From an uncultured Clostridia bacterium (GTDB lineage Bacteria; Bacillota; Clostridia; TANB77; CAG-508): 33,218 bases of DNA. Of the stretch, positions 1-8,760 are shown piece by piece; the first letter of the stretch is position 1; the number at the start of each line of letters is the position of its first letter. The notes beneath the pieces were generated by a model. That model was given only the letters and a program-made list of their open reading frames with translations, was not told where the DNA came from and did no database searches. The stretch lies in contig CAOPQH010000001.1 of the NCBI GenBank assembly GCA_948505485.1, positions 1-33,218 on the forward strand, read 5' to 3'. Both the position numbers and the translations under genes were made by a program.

Positions 1-92
1 TGTTCATTATCAGTAAATAATTGTTCTGGAAACTTGTTAAGTCCCAACTCGTTTATTTTTTTCATGCTCTCTAATTTACTACTTATCATCAT
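1..92 (-). CDS. hypothetical protein, N-terminal fragment only (gene runs off the left edge)
   Basis: ATG at 92 on the minus strand with AGGAGG (complement of 101-106) 8 nt upstream. The frame stays open to position 1 (MMISSKLESMKKINELGLNKFPEQLFTDNE...). Too short to assign a function. Confidence 0.4.
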   Translation of the reverse strand, partial: MMISSKLESMKKINELGLNKFPEQLFTDNE

Positions 93-251
93 ATACTAGT
101 CCTCCTAAAATGTTTAGTTTGGATTATTAAGCAATCTGACCATTGCTATTTTATTTGCACATTATTAATTATTATTTTAGCACATTTTTACTAGAAAAAC
201 AATGAAATTAGTTCATTATACATATTTCTCAAGTATTTTTTGTAAAAAATT

Positions 252-752
252 TCATACTCCAGTTTTTTCTGTTAGTCCATCATAATTATTTGCAATTCTT
301 TCTAATACTTCACCTTTTGAAAAATATCTTACTTCTGAAACTTCTTCTTGTTGCACTATTATTTCAGATATATCAATGTTTTTAGTAATTAAATAACATT
401 CATTATAATGCTTGTTTATAATATTTCCTTGATTATTTATTGATGTAGAGCCAACCAAATATTTAATATCATCATCGTTAATTTCAATTCCTAACTCTTC
501 TTTAGTTTCTCTAATTAATGCCTGCCTTCCAAATTCGCCACTATCTACATGACCACCTACTGTAACATCCCACATATTAGGCCATAATTTTTTATTTGCA
601 CTTCTTTTTTGCAATAAAATGTTTTCATTATCATCTATAATAAATGCATATACTGCTCTGTGCCATAATCCTTTCGTATGACATTCTTCTCTTGTTGCAA
701 TTTTTCCTGTAAATTCTCCTAGTTCATTAAGTACATCAAATTTTTCTTCCAT
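252..752 (-). CDS. NUDIX-family hydrolase
   Basis: 166-aa ORF containing a Nudix box (GGHVDSGEFGRQALIRETKEELGI, i.e. GX5EX7REUXEEXGU). GGAGG lies upstream of the ATG. Confidence 0.85.
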   Translation of the reverse strand: MEEKFDVLNELGEFTGKIATREECHTKGLWHRAVYAFIIDDNENILLQKRSANKKLWPNMWDVTVGGHVDSGEFGRQALIRETKEELGIEINDDDIKYLVGSTSINNQGNIINKHYNECYLITKNIDISEIIVQQEEVSEVRYFSKGEVLERIANNYDGLTEKTGV

Positions 753-811
753 GATTTTTCCTCCTTAAATTTTTCTTAATCGATTTATTGATCAATTTTT
801 TTACCAAAGAA

Positions 812-2164
812 TTATCTTGCAATATATTTTTGATTTCTATTCTTTGGTTGATCTGGTATTGTCAACTGTAAAGTACCTTTCTCTAATAAAGGATTTATAT
901 AATTTTTCTTAAATGTTGCTATATCTTTAAATCCAAAGTAGGTTGTAATTTCTTTTAGAGTTTTTGCATCTTTACAGAAGTCCAAAACATCCTTTTCCTG
1001 TGGTTTTACTTTAATTTTCTTAGTGGTTTTCTTGTCGGTTTTCTTAGTAGTTTTCTTGTCGGTTTTTTCATCATATTCAAATGGATTTTCTTTGTATTTA
1101 AAAGAAACTCTTAAAAAGTGAGCCATAAATTTAAAACAACTTTTATCATAAGCATCTAAAATTCTTAAAACTCCAGAACCTATATTTTCAATTAAATCTA
1201 CATCTTTAAATACTCTAATAAGCTCTTTGTTTCTTGGAGCAGTAACACCTTCTAAAAATTCCTCTTTTGATAATTCTTGAGGAAGTCCACCTGCAGACGT
1301 TATTTCAACTCTGTCCGAATATAATTCTATAATGGGGCTATTACCATAAGAATAATCATTATGAACGATAGCATTTATAACAGCTTCTTTTAATGCTTTG
1401 CTATCAATTTTTTCTTGTTCTTTTCTTCCAAAATATTCTATTTTAGCATATGTAGTATTTTCAACATCAAGCCTATCTAATATTTTTTGCGTAGCTGTAA
1501 TTAAACAACGATTACCATATTCTAAATTTTCTAAAAGTTCAAGTTTATTATTACCTAAATATCTTACAAGTTTTATAGAAACTGTATTTTCATCTGCTAA
1601 TAAGAAAGCATTATAATTGTATTTGCCTTCACTTGTTAGTAAATCAAGATTTTGCAAAAAATTATCATTTAATTTTAATCCGTGTTCTTCATAATAAATT
1701 TTTAGTTGATTAAATGTTAACTCTTGTCTAGGGGAGTCAATTTCTTTTAATGTATTCTTAATTCTTCTAGCATACATATCATCTATCATTCTTTCTGTCA
1801 TTCGTTCCTTACTACTACCAACTCTAATATAGCATCCTTCTGGAGTTCTTCCTTTTTTTCTTAAATAATAAGGCTTTTCAGTTCCACTTGATATTATAAC
1901 TTTTATTACTTCTTTATTTTCTATTGTTTCCACAGTTACATCAAATAATCCTAAAGTAGATGGTTGTATATTATTTTTTATTCTATCTTTTATTTGTAGT
2001 TGTGTTAAATCAGTATTTTCCACACCAACAACTTGTCCGTTTTTATTTATTCCAACATAAATTATTCCACCTTCTTTGTAATTAAGAAAGGCAATAACTT
2101 CTTGCTCAAAATCTTCATTCAGTTGCTCTTTGTTTTCAGTTCTGTTTGTTTCAGTATTTGCCAT
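812..2164 (-). CDS. Schlafen/AlbA_2-type ATP-binding domain protein with a RecG-C-terminal-like HATPase_c_4 region and a C-terminal wHTH-like tail (putative regulator or effector)
   Basis: The N-terminus (EQEVIAFLNYKEGGIIYVGINKNGQVVGV) looks like an AlbA_2 divergent AAA domain. The central AVINAIVHNDYSYGNSPIIELYSDRVEITSAGGLP is typical of HATPase_c_4. A lysine-rich linker is encoded by a 24-bp tandem duplication. The start lies 4 nt after the stop of the upstream ORF. Confidence 0.7.
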   Translation of the reverse strand: MANTETNRTENKEQLNEDFEQEVIAFLNYKEGGIIYVGINKNGQVVGVENTDLTQLQIKDRIKNNIQPSTLGLFDVTVETIENKEVIKVIISSGTEKPYYLRKKGRTPEGCYIRVGSSKERMTERMIDDMYARRIKNTLKEIDSPRQELTFNQLKIYYEEHGLKLNDNFLQNLDLLTSEGKYNYNAFLLADENTVSIKLVRYLGNNKLELLENLEYGNRCLITATQKILDRLDVENTTYAKIEYFGRKEQEKIDSKALKEAVINAIVHNDYSYGNSPIIELYSDRVEITSAGGLPQELSKEEFLEGVTAPRNKELIRVFKDVDLIENIGSGVLRILDAYDKSCFKFMAHFLRVSFKYKENPFEYDEKTDKKTTKKTDKKTTKKIKVKPQEKDVLDFCKDAKTLKEITTYFGFKDIATFKKNYINPLLEKGTLQLTIPDQPKNRNQKYIAR

Positions 2165-2168
2165 AAAA

Positions 2169-3365
2169 TCACACTCCTTTTTTCCAATTAATATTTTCTT
2201 CTATTTCCTTTATGCACTTTTGTAGATTATCAATTTCTATTGCTTGATTAATATCTTTTAGCATAAATACTCTAAATAATAATTTTATTTTTAATAACAT
2301 ATATAAATTGCTATCTCCATAAAATCGTTTCTTCTTTTTATCCAAATGTGCAAAATAATTTCTATGATTAGTAAGTTTAGTGTATATTTTCAAGGATTGT
2401 CTATCTTTACTTGAAAATATAATTTTTCCTTCATTAGAATTAAGATATTCTGTCATTATTTCTTTAAATTCTTTATCTACTTTTTTAGAATTCCCTTTTT
2501 TGTCTATAATAATCTTTTTCAAAGTAGGTTTATGTATGCATTTATAATATCCTTCCATACAATTTGTAATTGTACTTAATGCTATTTCAATAAAGTATTT
2601 CACAGAAAATACATTCATATATATGTCATAAATGTTATGAGTAGTTTTCCTTAATTTTAACCAATTTTTATAAGTTTGTTTTATATCTGTTTTATTTAAT
2701 TTTCCTAATACACAACTATAACTATTATAATTATTACATCCTTCATATTTGCTAGAAAATGGATAATAATATTCAAAATTCTTTTCTGCATCATATAATT
2801 TGATTTTTTTAATTTCTAAATAATATCCCAAATTCAGTATAAGGAATTCATAAAATTGTAAAAAGCTATGTATAAATTTTTCTGTTTCCAATTCTTGGCT
2901 ATTTTCCAATGTAATTTTATAATATCTTTCTCCAAATATAAGCTCTATACAATAGTTCATATTACCTATAGAGAATTTTAGAAATTTTCCTATACTTTCT
3001 TCAATTTGAACTATATCAAAATTTCTATACTCTAATCTAATTTCTATTTTATTAATTTTATAATTTCTAATATCATTAATTTGAAAATCAGTTATATATG
3101 CATTAAATTTTATTATAGTATCTATTTTATTATTTTCCATATAGTGTTTTCCAACATAACATTTATAAAAAGTATAAATATTATCATTATCATCTTTAAC
3201 ATAAACTAGTTCATCAATATATTTTTCTAATAGAATCTGTCTAAATAAAAAACTATATGTTTTAGATGAAATATCATTTTCTATAATATGAATTTCATTA
3301 TTATTAAAATCTATTGATAAATCTTTTACGTATATCGTTTCTCCATTAATAGTTATTGTACTCAT
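2169..3365 (-). CDS. HEPN-motif protein (possible ApeA-like HEPN RNase), function unknown
   Basis: 398-aa ORF with a C-terminal LTNHRNYFAHLDKKKK segment that contains the R-N-x-x-x-H (Rx4H) HEPN catalytic signature. The long N-terminal domain has no motif I recognise. It is translationally coupled to both neighbours (gaps of 12 and 4 nt). Confidence 0.55.
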   Translation of the reverse strand: MSTITINGETIYVKDLSIDFNNNEIHIIENDISSKTYSFLFRQILLEKYIDELVYVKDDNDNIYTFYKCYVGKHYMENNKIDTIIKFNAYITDFQINDIRNYKINKIEIRLEYRNFDIVQIEESIGKFLKFSIGNMNYCIELIFGERYYKITLENSQELETEKFIHSFLQFYEFLILNLGYYLEIKKIKLYDAEKNFEYYYPFSSKYEGCNNYNSYSCVLGKLNKTDIKQTYKNWLKLRKTTHNIYDIYMNVFSVKYFIEIALSTITNCMEGYYKCIHKPTLKKIIIDKKGNSKKVDKEFKEIMTEYLNSNEGKIIFSSKDRQSLKIYTKLTNHRNYFAHLDKKKKRFYGDSNLYMLLKIKLLFRVFMLKDINQAIEIDNLQKCIKEIEENINWKKGV

Positions 3366-3377
3366 TTTTATACTCCA

Positions 3378-4487
3378 TTATTTATTATTTACTAACCACT
3401 CATAAACTTCATCTTCTGTTAAAACTCCATGTTTTAATTTATTAACTTTATCTTTAGCATCCTTTTTCCATTTATCAAAATTCTTTTTCATTTGTTTATT
3501 ATCCTTGTTTCTACCAACTGCCATTGATTTTAATTGATATAATCTTCTATATTCTGCTAATGCCTTATTTTGCTTTAATCTTTCGTTATAGGCTTGTACT
3601 GCACCTTGTTCTCTACAAATTTTACCTTTTTCTTTTGGGTAATCACAATAAATTTCATCAAGTCTTGAAGAAGGTATAAAGTACATTCCACAGTTTTGAC
3701 ATTTCTTAATTGGATTATTAGTTGTTTTTACTAATTCTTCTAATACTGCATAACATATTGCAGATAGGTCATTGCTTTGATGGGTATCTATCATAGAAAC
3801 AAGCATTGTATTATTCTTAAAACTATCTAATAACTGCTTATCATTCAAATGTGATAATTCTAAATTTTTATTTGAATAACTATCTTGGATAATATTATCA
3901 TTTCTATTATAAGTATATGCTTGCCCTTTATGCTTAATTAAATATACTGCAAATCTTTGACTAGGCATGTATTCTTTTAATTCTTCTTGTTCATCAAGGT
4001 TAAATACATAGTTTACAAATGCTTTCATTTCTTCCTGTATTTCTTGTATTTTATATTGTAAGTCATTGTATATTTTTTCCATCTCTTTTAAATATACTTC
4101 ATCATTTTCATACTTTCCTTTTAATTCAAACTTATAATCTTCATCTATATCTTTTAATATTTCAAATCCATAGGCAAAGAAAAATGTTTCATAAGCTGAT
4201 TCATATGTTTCTAAATTAGCGTTTAAAAATCTTAATAAAAACATTCCAAATTTTTCTACATAAGGAAAGTACATATTGCCTGGATATTTCAAACCTTGTT
4301 CTTCCTTAGTTCTTCCTTTAACTTCATTTTTATCAAAATGTAATGTTAATAATCTATTTTCAAAATCATCTTTTCTATTTACACTATAAAGATATAAAGG
4401 TGTTGAATAATATTCTTCTCTTTTTTCTTTATTAAACCAAATATAAAAACTATCGAAAAAATTTTTTTCTGGTAAATTTGCTTTCAT
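3378..4487 (-). CDS. zinc-ribbon protein of unknown function (resembles DUF6076-type proteins of Firmicute mobile elements)
   Basis: 369-aa ORF with GGAGG upstream. It has a C-terminal Cys cluster (KKCQNCGMYFIPSSRLDEIYCDYPKEKGKICREQGA) followed by a basic helical tail. It is the first gene of a three-gene operon. Confidence 0.55.
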   Translation of the reverse strand: MKANLPEKNFFDSFYIWFNKEKREEYYSTPLYLYSVNRKDDFENRLLTLHFDKNEVKGRTKEEQGLKYPGNMYFPYVEKFGMFLLRFLNANLETYESAYETFFFAYGFEILKDIDEDYKFELKGKYENDEVYLKEMEKIYNDLQYKIQEIQEEMKAFVNYVFNLDEQEELKEYMPSQRFAVYLIKHKGQAYTYNRNDNIIQDSYSNKNLELSHLNDKQLLDSFKNNTMLVSMIDTHQSNDLSAICYAVLEELVKTTNNPIKKCQNCGMYFIPSSRLDEIYCDYPKEKGKICREQGAVQAYNERLKQNKALAEYRRLYQLKSMAVGRNKDNKQMKKNFDKWKKDAKDKVNKLKHGVLTEDEVYEWLVNNK

Positions 4488-4543
4488 TTCAATATTTCCT
4501 CCAAATTTATAGTTAACAATTTATATTTTTTTACATTTTGTTG

Positions 4544-4572
4544 TTGACATTCTATAATTATTATACTATAAT
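4544..4572 (+). promoter_or_regulatory. consensus sigma-A-type promoter facing xis/int
   Basis: TTGACA (4544-4549), exact 17-nt spacer, TATAAT (4567-4572). It would give a leader of about 280 nt before the xis ATG at 4859. Confidence 0.6.
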
Positions 4573-4588
4573 GCTATCATAATTACAA
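4560..4588 (-). promoter_or_regulatory. near-consensus promoter facing the three-gene operon, overlapping the plus-strand promoter
   Basis: On the minus strand: TTGTAA (complement of 4583-4588), 17-nt spacer, TATAAT (complement of 4560-4565). Its -10 element sits directly beside the -10 of the divergent promoter. Confidence 0.5.
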
Positions 4589-4858
4589 TAGTTTTGCAAC
4601 GAAAAATTGTAAAGCTATAAAAGTACATTGACAAATACACTTTTAATTAGTGTCATAAACCAATATTATAGAACACTATAATGATACTTCGGCTTGGCTT
4701 AATATGATGTTGAGGAGTCGCTCGGTTGGTAACGGAGAGGTGAAATTCCTATGAAAGTAAGACTAACTATAATATTCCCTATAAGTAGATGGGACAGGTA
4801 AATATAATCTACTAAACTTATGAATATGTAAATTTGATTTACAAGACAGGAGATTACA

Positions 4859-5065
4859 ATGACAAAAAATAATACGAATGAAATGTTTGCAAATTTCCCA
4901 GATGTTGTTGATGTATCAGGACTACGCACAATGCTTGGTGGAATTGGTGAACAAAAAGCATACGAATTAGTACGAAAAGGTACTATTAAAGCAATAAAAA
5001 TTGGTAAACTATATAGAATACCAAAAATAAATGTTATTGCTTTTTTAACACAAAATACTGTTTAA
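4859..5065 (+). CDS. xis: excisionase-type helix-turn-helix DNA-binding protein
   Basis: 68 aa. The segment LRTMLGGIGEQKAYELVRKGTIKAIKIGKLYRIPKINVIAFL matches the excisionase/MerR-like HTH_17 pattern. AGGAG lies upstream, and the gene sits immediately upstream of the integrase. Confidence 0.75.
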   Translation: MTKNNTNEMFANFPDVVDVSGLRTMLGGIGEQKAYELVRKGTIKAIKIGKLYRIPKINVIAFLTQNTV

Positions 5066-5088
5066 ATTTAGAAAGGAGTATATTTACA

Positions 5089-6351
5089 ATGTATAACATT
5101 ACAGCATATTTAACAATTAAGAATAAGACTTTTTATACAGTATTAACTTACTATGTAGAAGGACAAAGAAAATTAAAATGGATTTCTACAGGAATTAAAG
5201 AAAACGAAAGTAAGAAAAAAGCTGAAAAGAAACTTATTCAAATTAGAGATGAATTTAAAGAAAAATTAGAAACAATTACAACTACAAAAACAGAAGATAA
5301 AAAAATACAAATAACTTTTGCGGATTTTATGATTAAATGGCTCGATATGATAAAACATCAAATTGAAGAATCTACATATACAGGTTATAAAAGACAAATT
5401 GAAGGAAGGCTAAAAACATATTTTACAGAGCATCCCATATTACTTGTAAATTTAAAACCTGTTCACATATTAGATTTTTACAATTGGTTATATTCAGAAG
5501 GGTTAAAAGGAACTACTGTTACTTTATATCATGCTAATATTAGAAAAGCATTAGATTATGCAGTACAAACGGATTTAATTGAAACAAATCCTGCTATTAA
5601 AGTTGGTAGACCTAAATCAGAACAATATATTGCATCTTATTATACAGAAGATGAACTAAATAAATTGTTTAAAATAATAAAAGATACACCAATAGAAGTT
5701 ATTGTTACTTTAACTGCTTTTTATGGATTACGAAGAAGTGAAGTTTTAGGTTTGAAATGGTCTGCAATAGATTTTGAAAATAAAACAATTACGATAAAGC
5801 ATAAGGTTATAACTGTTACTGATGAAAATGAAGATTCAAAAACTAAAACAAAAATGATTACGAAAGATAAAACAAAAAACAAATCAAGTTACAGGACATT
5901 ACCTTTAATATATGAGGTTGAACAATTATTGTTATATACAAAGAAAATGCAAGAATACTATATGTCTATTTTTAGAGATAGTTATGAGAGAAAATATAAG
6001 GAATACATTTGTGTTGATGAATTAGGAAATTTAAGAAAGCCAGACTATGTTAGTCATAAATTTAAAGAAACACTAAAAAAGAATGATTTAAGGCATATTA
6101 GATTTCACGATTTAAGACATAGTTGTGCTACATTACTTTTGAAAAAAGGAATATCTTTAAGAGAAATACAAGATTGGTTAGGACATTCAAGTTCCAAAAC
6201 AACAGAAAGATATGCACATTTAGATTCAAGTACAAAAATTAAATCTGCATCAGCTATTGAAAAAGCATTAAGTTTTAATAAAGACATAAAAAAAGATATA
6301 TTAGATCAGGACTCTAATACATCTACATTGGATAATTTTTTAAATTGTTAG
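5089..6351 (+). CDS. int: tyrosine site-specific recombinase (phage-type integrase)
   Basis: 420 aa with an N-terminal SAM-like domain. Catalytic signature present: LRRSEVLGL (Arg), HDLRHSCATLLL (His-x-x-Arg), TERYAHL (Tyr). Confidence 0.92.
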   Translation: MYNITAYLTIKNKTFYTVLTYYVEGQRKLKWISTGIKENESKKKAEKKLIQIRDEFKEKLETITTTKTEDKKIQITFADFMIKWLDMIKHQIEESTYTGYKRQIEGRLKTYFTEHPILLVNLKPVHILDFYNWLYSEGLKGTTVTLYHANIRKALDYAVQTDLIETNPAIKVGRPKSEQYIASYYTEDELNKLFKIIKDTPIEVIVTLTAFYGLRRSEVLGLKWSAIDFENKTITIKHKVITVTDENEDSKTKTKMITKDKTKNKSSYRTLPLIYEVEQLLLYTKKMQEYYMSIFRDSYERKYKEYICVDELGNLRKPDYVSHKFKETLKKNDLRHIRFHDLRHSCATLLLKKGISLREIQDWLGHSSSKTTERYAHLDSSTKIKSASAIEKALSFNKDIKKDILDQDSNTSTLDNFLNC

Positions 6352-6387
6352 AAATCTGTTAGAAAAATCTAGCAATTTTATTATAAA

Positions 6388-6423
6388 AGCATCAAGGTTA
6401 TATCTTACGAAAACCTTGATGCT
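6388..6423. terminator. bidirectional hairpin between int and the tRNA
   Basis: 12-bp stem agcatcaaggtt / aaccttgatgct with a 12-nt loop. On the minus strand it is followed by a T-rich run, so it could terminate the tRNA transcript. Confidence 0.5.
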
Positions 6424-6427
6424 CTTA

Positions 6428-6516
6428 TGGTGCAGATGGCCGGAATCGAACCGGCACGAGGTTTAACCCTCGCAGGATTTTAAGTCCTGTGCGTCTACCA
6501 GTTCCGCCACATCTGC
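6428..6516 (-). tRNA. tRNA-Leu (anticodon UAA)
   Basis: The reverse complement folds as a cloverleaf. Acceptor stem GCAGATG/CATCTGC plus ACCA, anticodon stem CAGGA/TCCTG with loop CTTAAAA, long variable arm CGAGGGTTAAACCTCGT, T-arm GGTTCGATTCC. Confidence 0.92.
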
Positions 6517-6555
6517 ATTTAATAAATAACTGGTAGTTGTCTTACGACAATAGCT

Positions 6556-6584
6556 ATTATATTATTTAAAATACTTTTTGTCAA
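6556..6584 (-). promoter_or_regulatory. consensus promoter for tRNA-Leu
   Basis: Minus strand: TTGACA (complement of 6579-6584), 17-nt spacer, TATAAT (complement of 6556-6561). It lies about 40 nt upstream of the mature tRNA 5' end. Confidence 0.6.
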
Positions 6585-6727
6585 TATCTATTTAATATTT
6601 TTTATAATTATTCAAAATTTTATTTATTAATCACTTATAACTAAATCTTTTTAAAGAACAAATCGGAAAGCCTTAATATTAAAATAACTTACACTTTTTT
6701 CTTTTGCTTTCCTAATATATACAATAA

Positions 6728-6761
6728 AAAGATTTAATTTTTTTATACAAATTAAATCTTT
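6728..6761 (-). terminator. intrinsic terminator after the CarD-family gene
   Basis: 13-bp stem aaagatttaattt / aaattaaatcttt with T-runs on both sides, starting 8 nt after the stop codon. Confidence 0.6.
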
Positions 6762-6768
6762 TTTTCAA

Positions 6769-7335
6769 TTATTCATTAGATGTTCCTGTTTCATCAAATG
6801 GAATAAATTTATTAACTACACTATTTGGTACAATTTCTTCTGCTCTAAATGTCATAAATGATGTATTTATTTTATTATCTACTAATTCTTCAACTTCATC
6901 TTGACTTGCATGTTCTGCTAAAACTAATTCACTTACTAATATTTGTTTTGCATTGTTTAGCATTTTCTTTTCTCCTGTAGAAAGACCTTTTTCTTTTTGT
7001 TTAAAACTTAAATTTCTTACTACATCTGCTATTTCATAGATGTCTCCACTTTTCATTTTATCCATATTATCTCTATATCTTTTATTCCAATTTTTTTCCA
7101 TCTCTGTTTCATCTTGTTCTAGAATACTAAATACTTTATCTGCTGCACCTTTATCTATTATATTTCTTACTCCAACTTCTTCTGCCTTTGCTGTAGGTAT
7201 CATAACTTTTACTTCTCCTGGCATTTTTAATATGTAATAAGATTGTTTCTCCCCTAATATATCTTTTTCTTCTATTGAATCAATTGTACCAGCCCCATGC
7301 ATCGGGTATACAATTTTGTCTCCTACATTAAACAT
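6769..7335 (-). CDS. CarD/CdnL-family RNA-polymerase-binding transcriptional regulator
   Basis: MFNVGDKIVYPMHGAGTIDSIEEKDILGEKQSYYILKMP is the CarD_CdnL_TRCF N-terminal domain. I placed the start at the ATG at 7335, which has GGAG 8 nt upstream. The longer ORF-track start at 7410 has no RBS. Confidence 0.85.
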   Translation of the reverse strand: MFNVGDKIVYPMHGAGTIDSIEEKDILGEKQSYYILKMPGEVKVMIPTAKAEEVGVRNIIDKGAADKVFSILEQDETEMEKNWNKRYRDNMDKMKSGDIYEIADVVRNLSFKQKEKGLSTGEKKMLNNAKQILVSELVLAEHASQDEVEELVDNKINTSFMTFRAEEIVPNSVVNKFIPFDETGTSNE

Positions 7336-7572
7336 GTAAGTCACTCCTTTCAGCATATTAAAATTTATATTAGCTGGTGGGAAAAAATATATAAAGTTAT
7401 CATTTGTCATGCTTGATAACTTTATTTCTCACATCAACTGTTATAATTATACTACAAAATTTGGTAAAAGTCAAAGCAATTTGCGAGATTTTTTTATAAA
7501 ATTTTATAGCAATCTCTAGAATTTAGGGCGATTCCATCAATCTAAAAATATTTTTAATTTTTTGTTAATTAA

Positions 7573-8034
7573 TTATTTATTTGTAGATCCAAATCCTCCT
7601 AATCTTTCTCCTCCTGCAATATCTTCATCTGTAATTAAATATTTTTGGAATACAGCTTGTCCTATGGCTTCACCTTTTTTTATTTCTATATCTTCTTCTT
7701 TTATATTGTAAAATGCAAACATAAAATGACCATCATTGTCTGGATTTCCATAGTAATCTTTATCTACTACACCTACACTGTTAGCCATTATTAGCCCTTT
7801 TTTCTTTGGATTAGAGCTTCTATTATATAAGAGCATTACCTCATCATCTTGCATATATGCTTTTAACCCTGTTTTTACAAGAGTAGGGTTCATTCCTTTT
7901 TTAAAACTTGGAATTACTACATCTTCTGCTGCTTCTATATCATAACCTGCTGAATATTTAGTTTTTCTTATTGGTAAATTTATTGCTTTGTTTTCAAATC
8001 CTTTTGCAATTTCAAATCCACGTGTTTTTTCCAT
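7573..8034 (-). CDS. dut: dUTP diphosphatase
   Basis: 153 aa with dUTPase motifs (SAGYDIEAAEDVVIP, NSVGVVDKDYYG, C-terminal GGFGSTNK). Confidence 0.9.
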   Translation of the reverse strand: MEKTRGFEIAKGFENKAINLPIRKTKYSAGYDIEAAEDVVIPSFKKGMNPTLVKTGLKAYMQDDEVMLLYNRSSNPKKKGLIMANSVGVVDKDYYGNPDNDGHFMFAFYNIKEEDIEIKKGEAIGQAVFQKYLITDEDIAGGERLGGFGSTNK

Positions 8035-8203
8035 TTTTATACTTCCTTTCCTTGTTTTATTTCAATTTATTTTTTCATATAAATGTGTAAAAGTCAAGTA
8101 ATTTCTATTCAGTAATCTTATTTTGAATTTCTAATATTATATAATTATTCAATTGGAATATTTTTCTACCTATTGTTAATACTATTTACGGGAGGTTGAT
8201 TTT

Positions 8204-8737
8204 ATGGAATTGAAAGGCTCAAAAACAGAGGCTAATTTAATGGCTGCATTTGCTGGAGAATCTCAAGCAAGATGCAAATACACATATTATGCTAGTGTTG
8301 CTAAAAAAGAAGGATATGAACAAATTGCTGCTATTTTTCAAGAAACAGCTGACAATGAAAATCAGCATGCTAAAATACATTATAAATTTCTAGATGGCAT
8401 TGGTGATACAAAATTAAATTTAGCAGATGCTGTCGCTGGTGAAAATTACGAATGGACTGACATGTATGCCACTTTTGCCATAGAAGCAGAAGAAGAAGGA
8501 TTTAAAGAAATTGCTAATAAATTTAAATTAATTGCAGATGTAGAAAAAAAACATGAAGAAAGATTTAGAAAATTGCTAGAAAACTTAGAAAATGGACAAG
8601 TCTTTAAAAAAGATAATGTTGTTATTTGGAAGTGTAGAAATTGTGGACATATTCATGTAGCTGTAAATGCTCCTGCAGTATGTCCTGTATGTGACCATGT
8701 TCAATCATTTTTTGAAATTAATTCTGAAAATTATTAA
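8204..8737 (+). CDS. rbr: rubrerythrin
   Basis: 177 aa. Ferritin-like di-iron domain ([34 protein letters not shown]) plus a C-terminal rubredoxin-like CRNCG...CPVCDH. Confidence 0.9.
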   Translation: MELKGSKTEANLMAAFAGESQARCKYTYYASVAKKEGYEQIAAIFQETADNENQHAKIHYKFLDGIGDTKLNLADAVAGENYEWTDMYATFAIEAEEEGFKEIANKFKLIADVEKKHEERFRKLLENLENGQVFKKDNVVIWKCRNCGHIHVAVNAPAVCPVCDHVQSFFEINSENY

Positions 8738-8760
8738 AAGGTAGTTCATAACTACCTTTT
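8737..8760. terminator. bidirectional hairpin between convergent genes
   Basis: aaaggtagtt / aactaccttt stem with a short loop. A-run on the left and T-run on the right. Confidence 0.55.

Noticed and set aside
1017-1064. 24-bp tandem duplication (ttcttagtRgttttcttgtcggtt x2) inside the AlbA_2 gene.
   Set aside because: It is real but in frame, and it only duplicates a Lys/Thr-rich linker (KTDKKTTK x2). It is probably a slippage polymorphism and not a separate feature.
1-4858. Search for an attL direct repeat of the tRNA-Leu 3' end inside the window.
   Set aside because: I found no match longer than a few nucleotides by eye, so no att site is annotated.
4699-4929. 76-aa minus-strand ORF overlapping the xis leader and the xis start.
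   Set aside because: It has no RBS, its composition is low-complexity, and it overlaps the well-supported xis gene and its leader.
6769-7410. Longer N-terminal extensions given by the ORF track for the CarD-family gene (to 7410), pth (to 13343), spoVG (GTG at 13812), murC (GTG at 14278), the small gene 19016-19324 and the pilin-like gene 23340-23855.
   Set aside because: In each case an internal ATG has a properly spaced SD and matches the conserved family N-terminus (or the paralog N-terminus). The extension has no RBS.
8131-8160. Possible PerR box upstream of rubrerythrin (attatataattattcaa).
   Set aside because: It matches the TTATAATNATTATAA consensus in only about one half-site. In DNA this AT-rich, that is not distinguishable from background.
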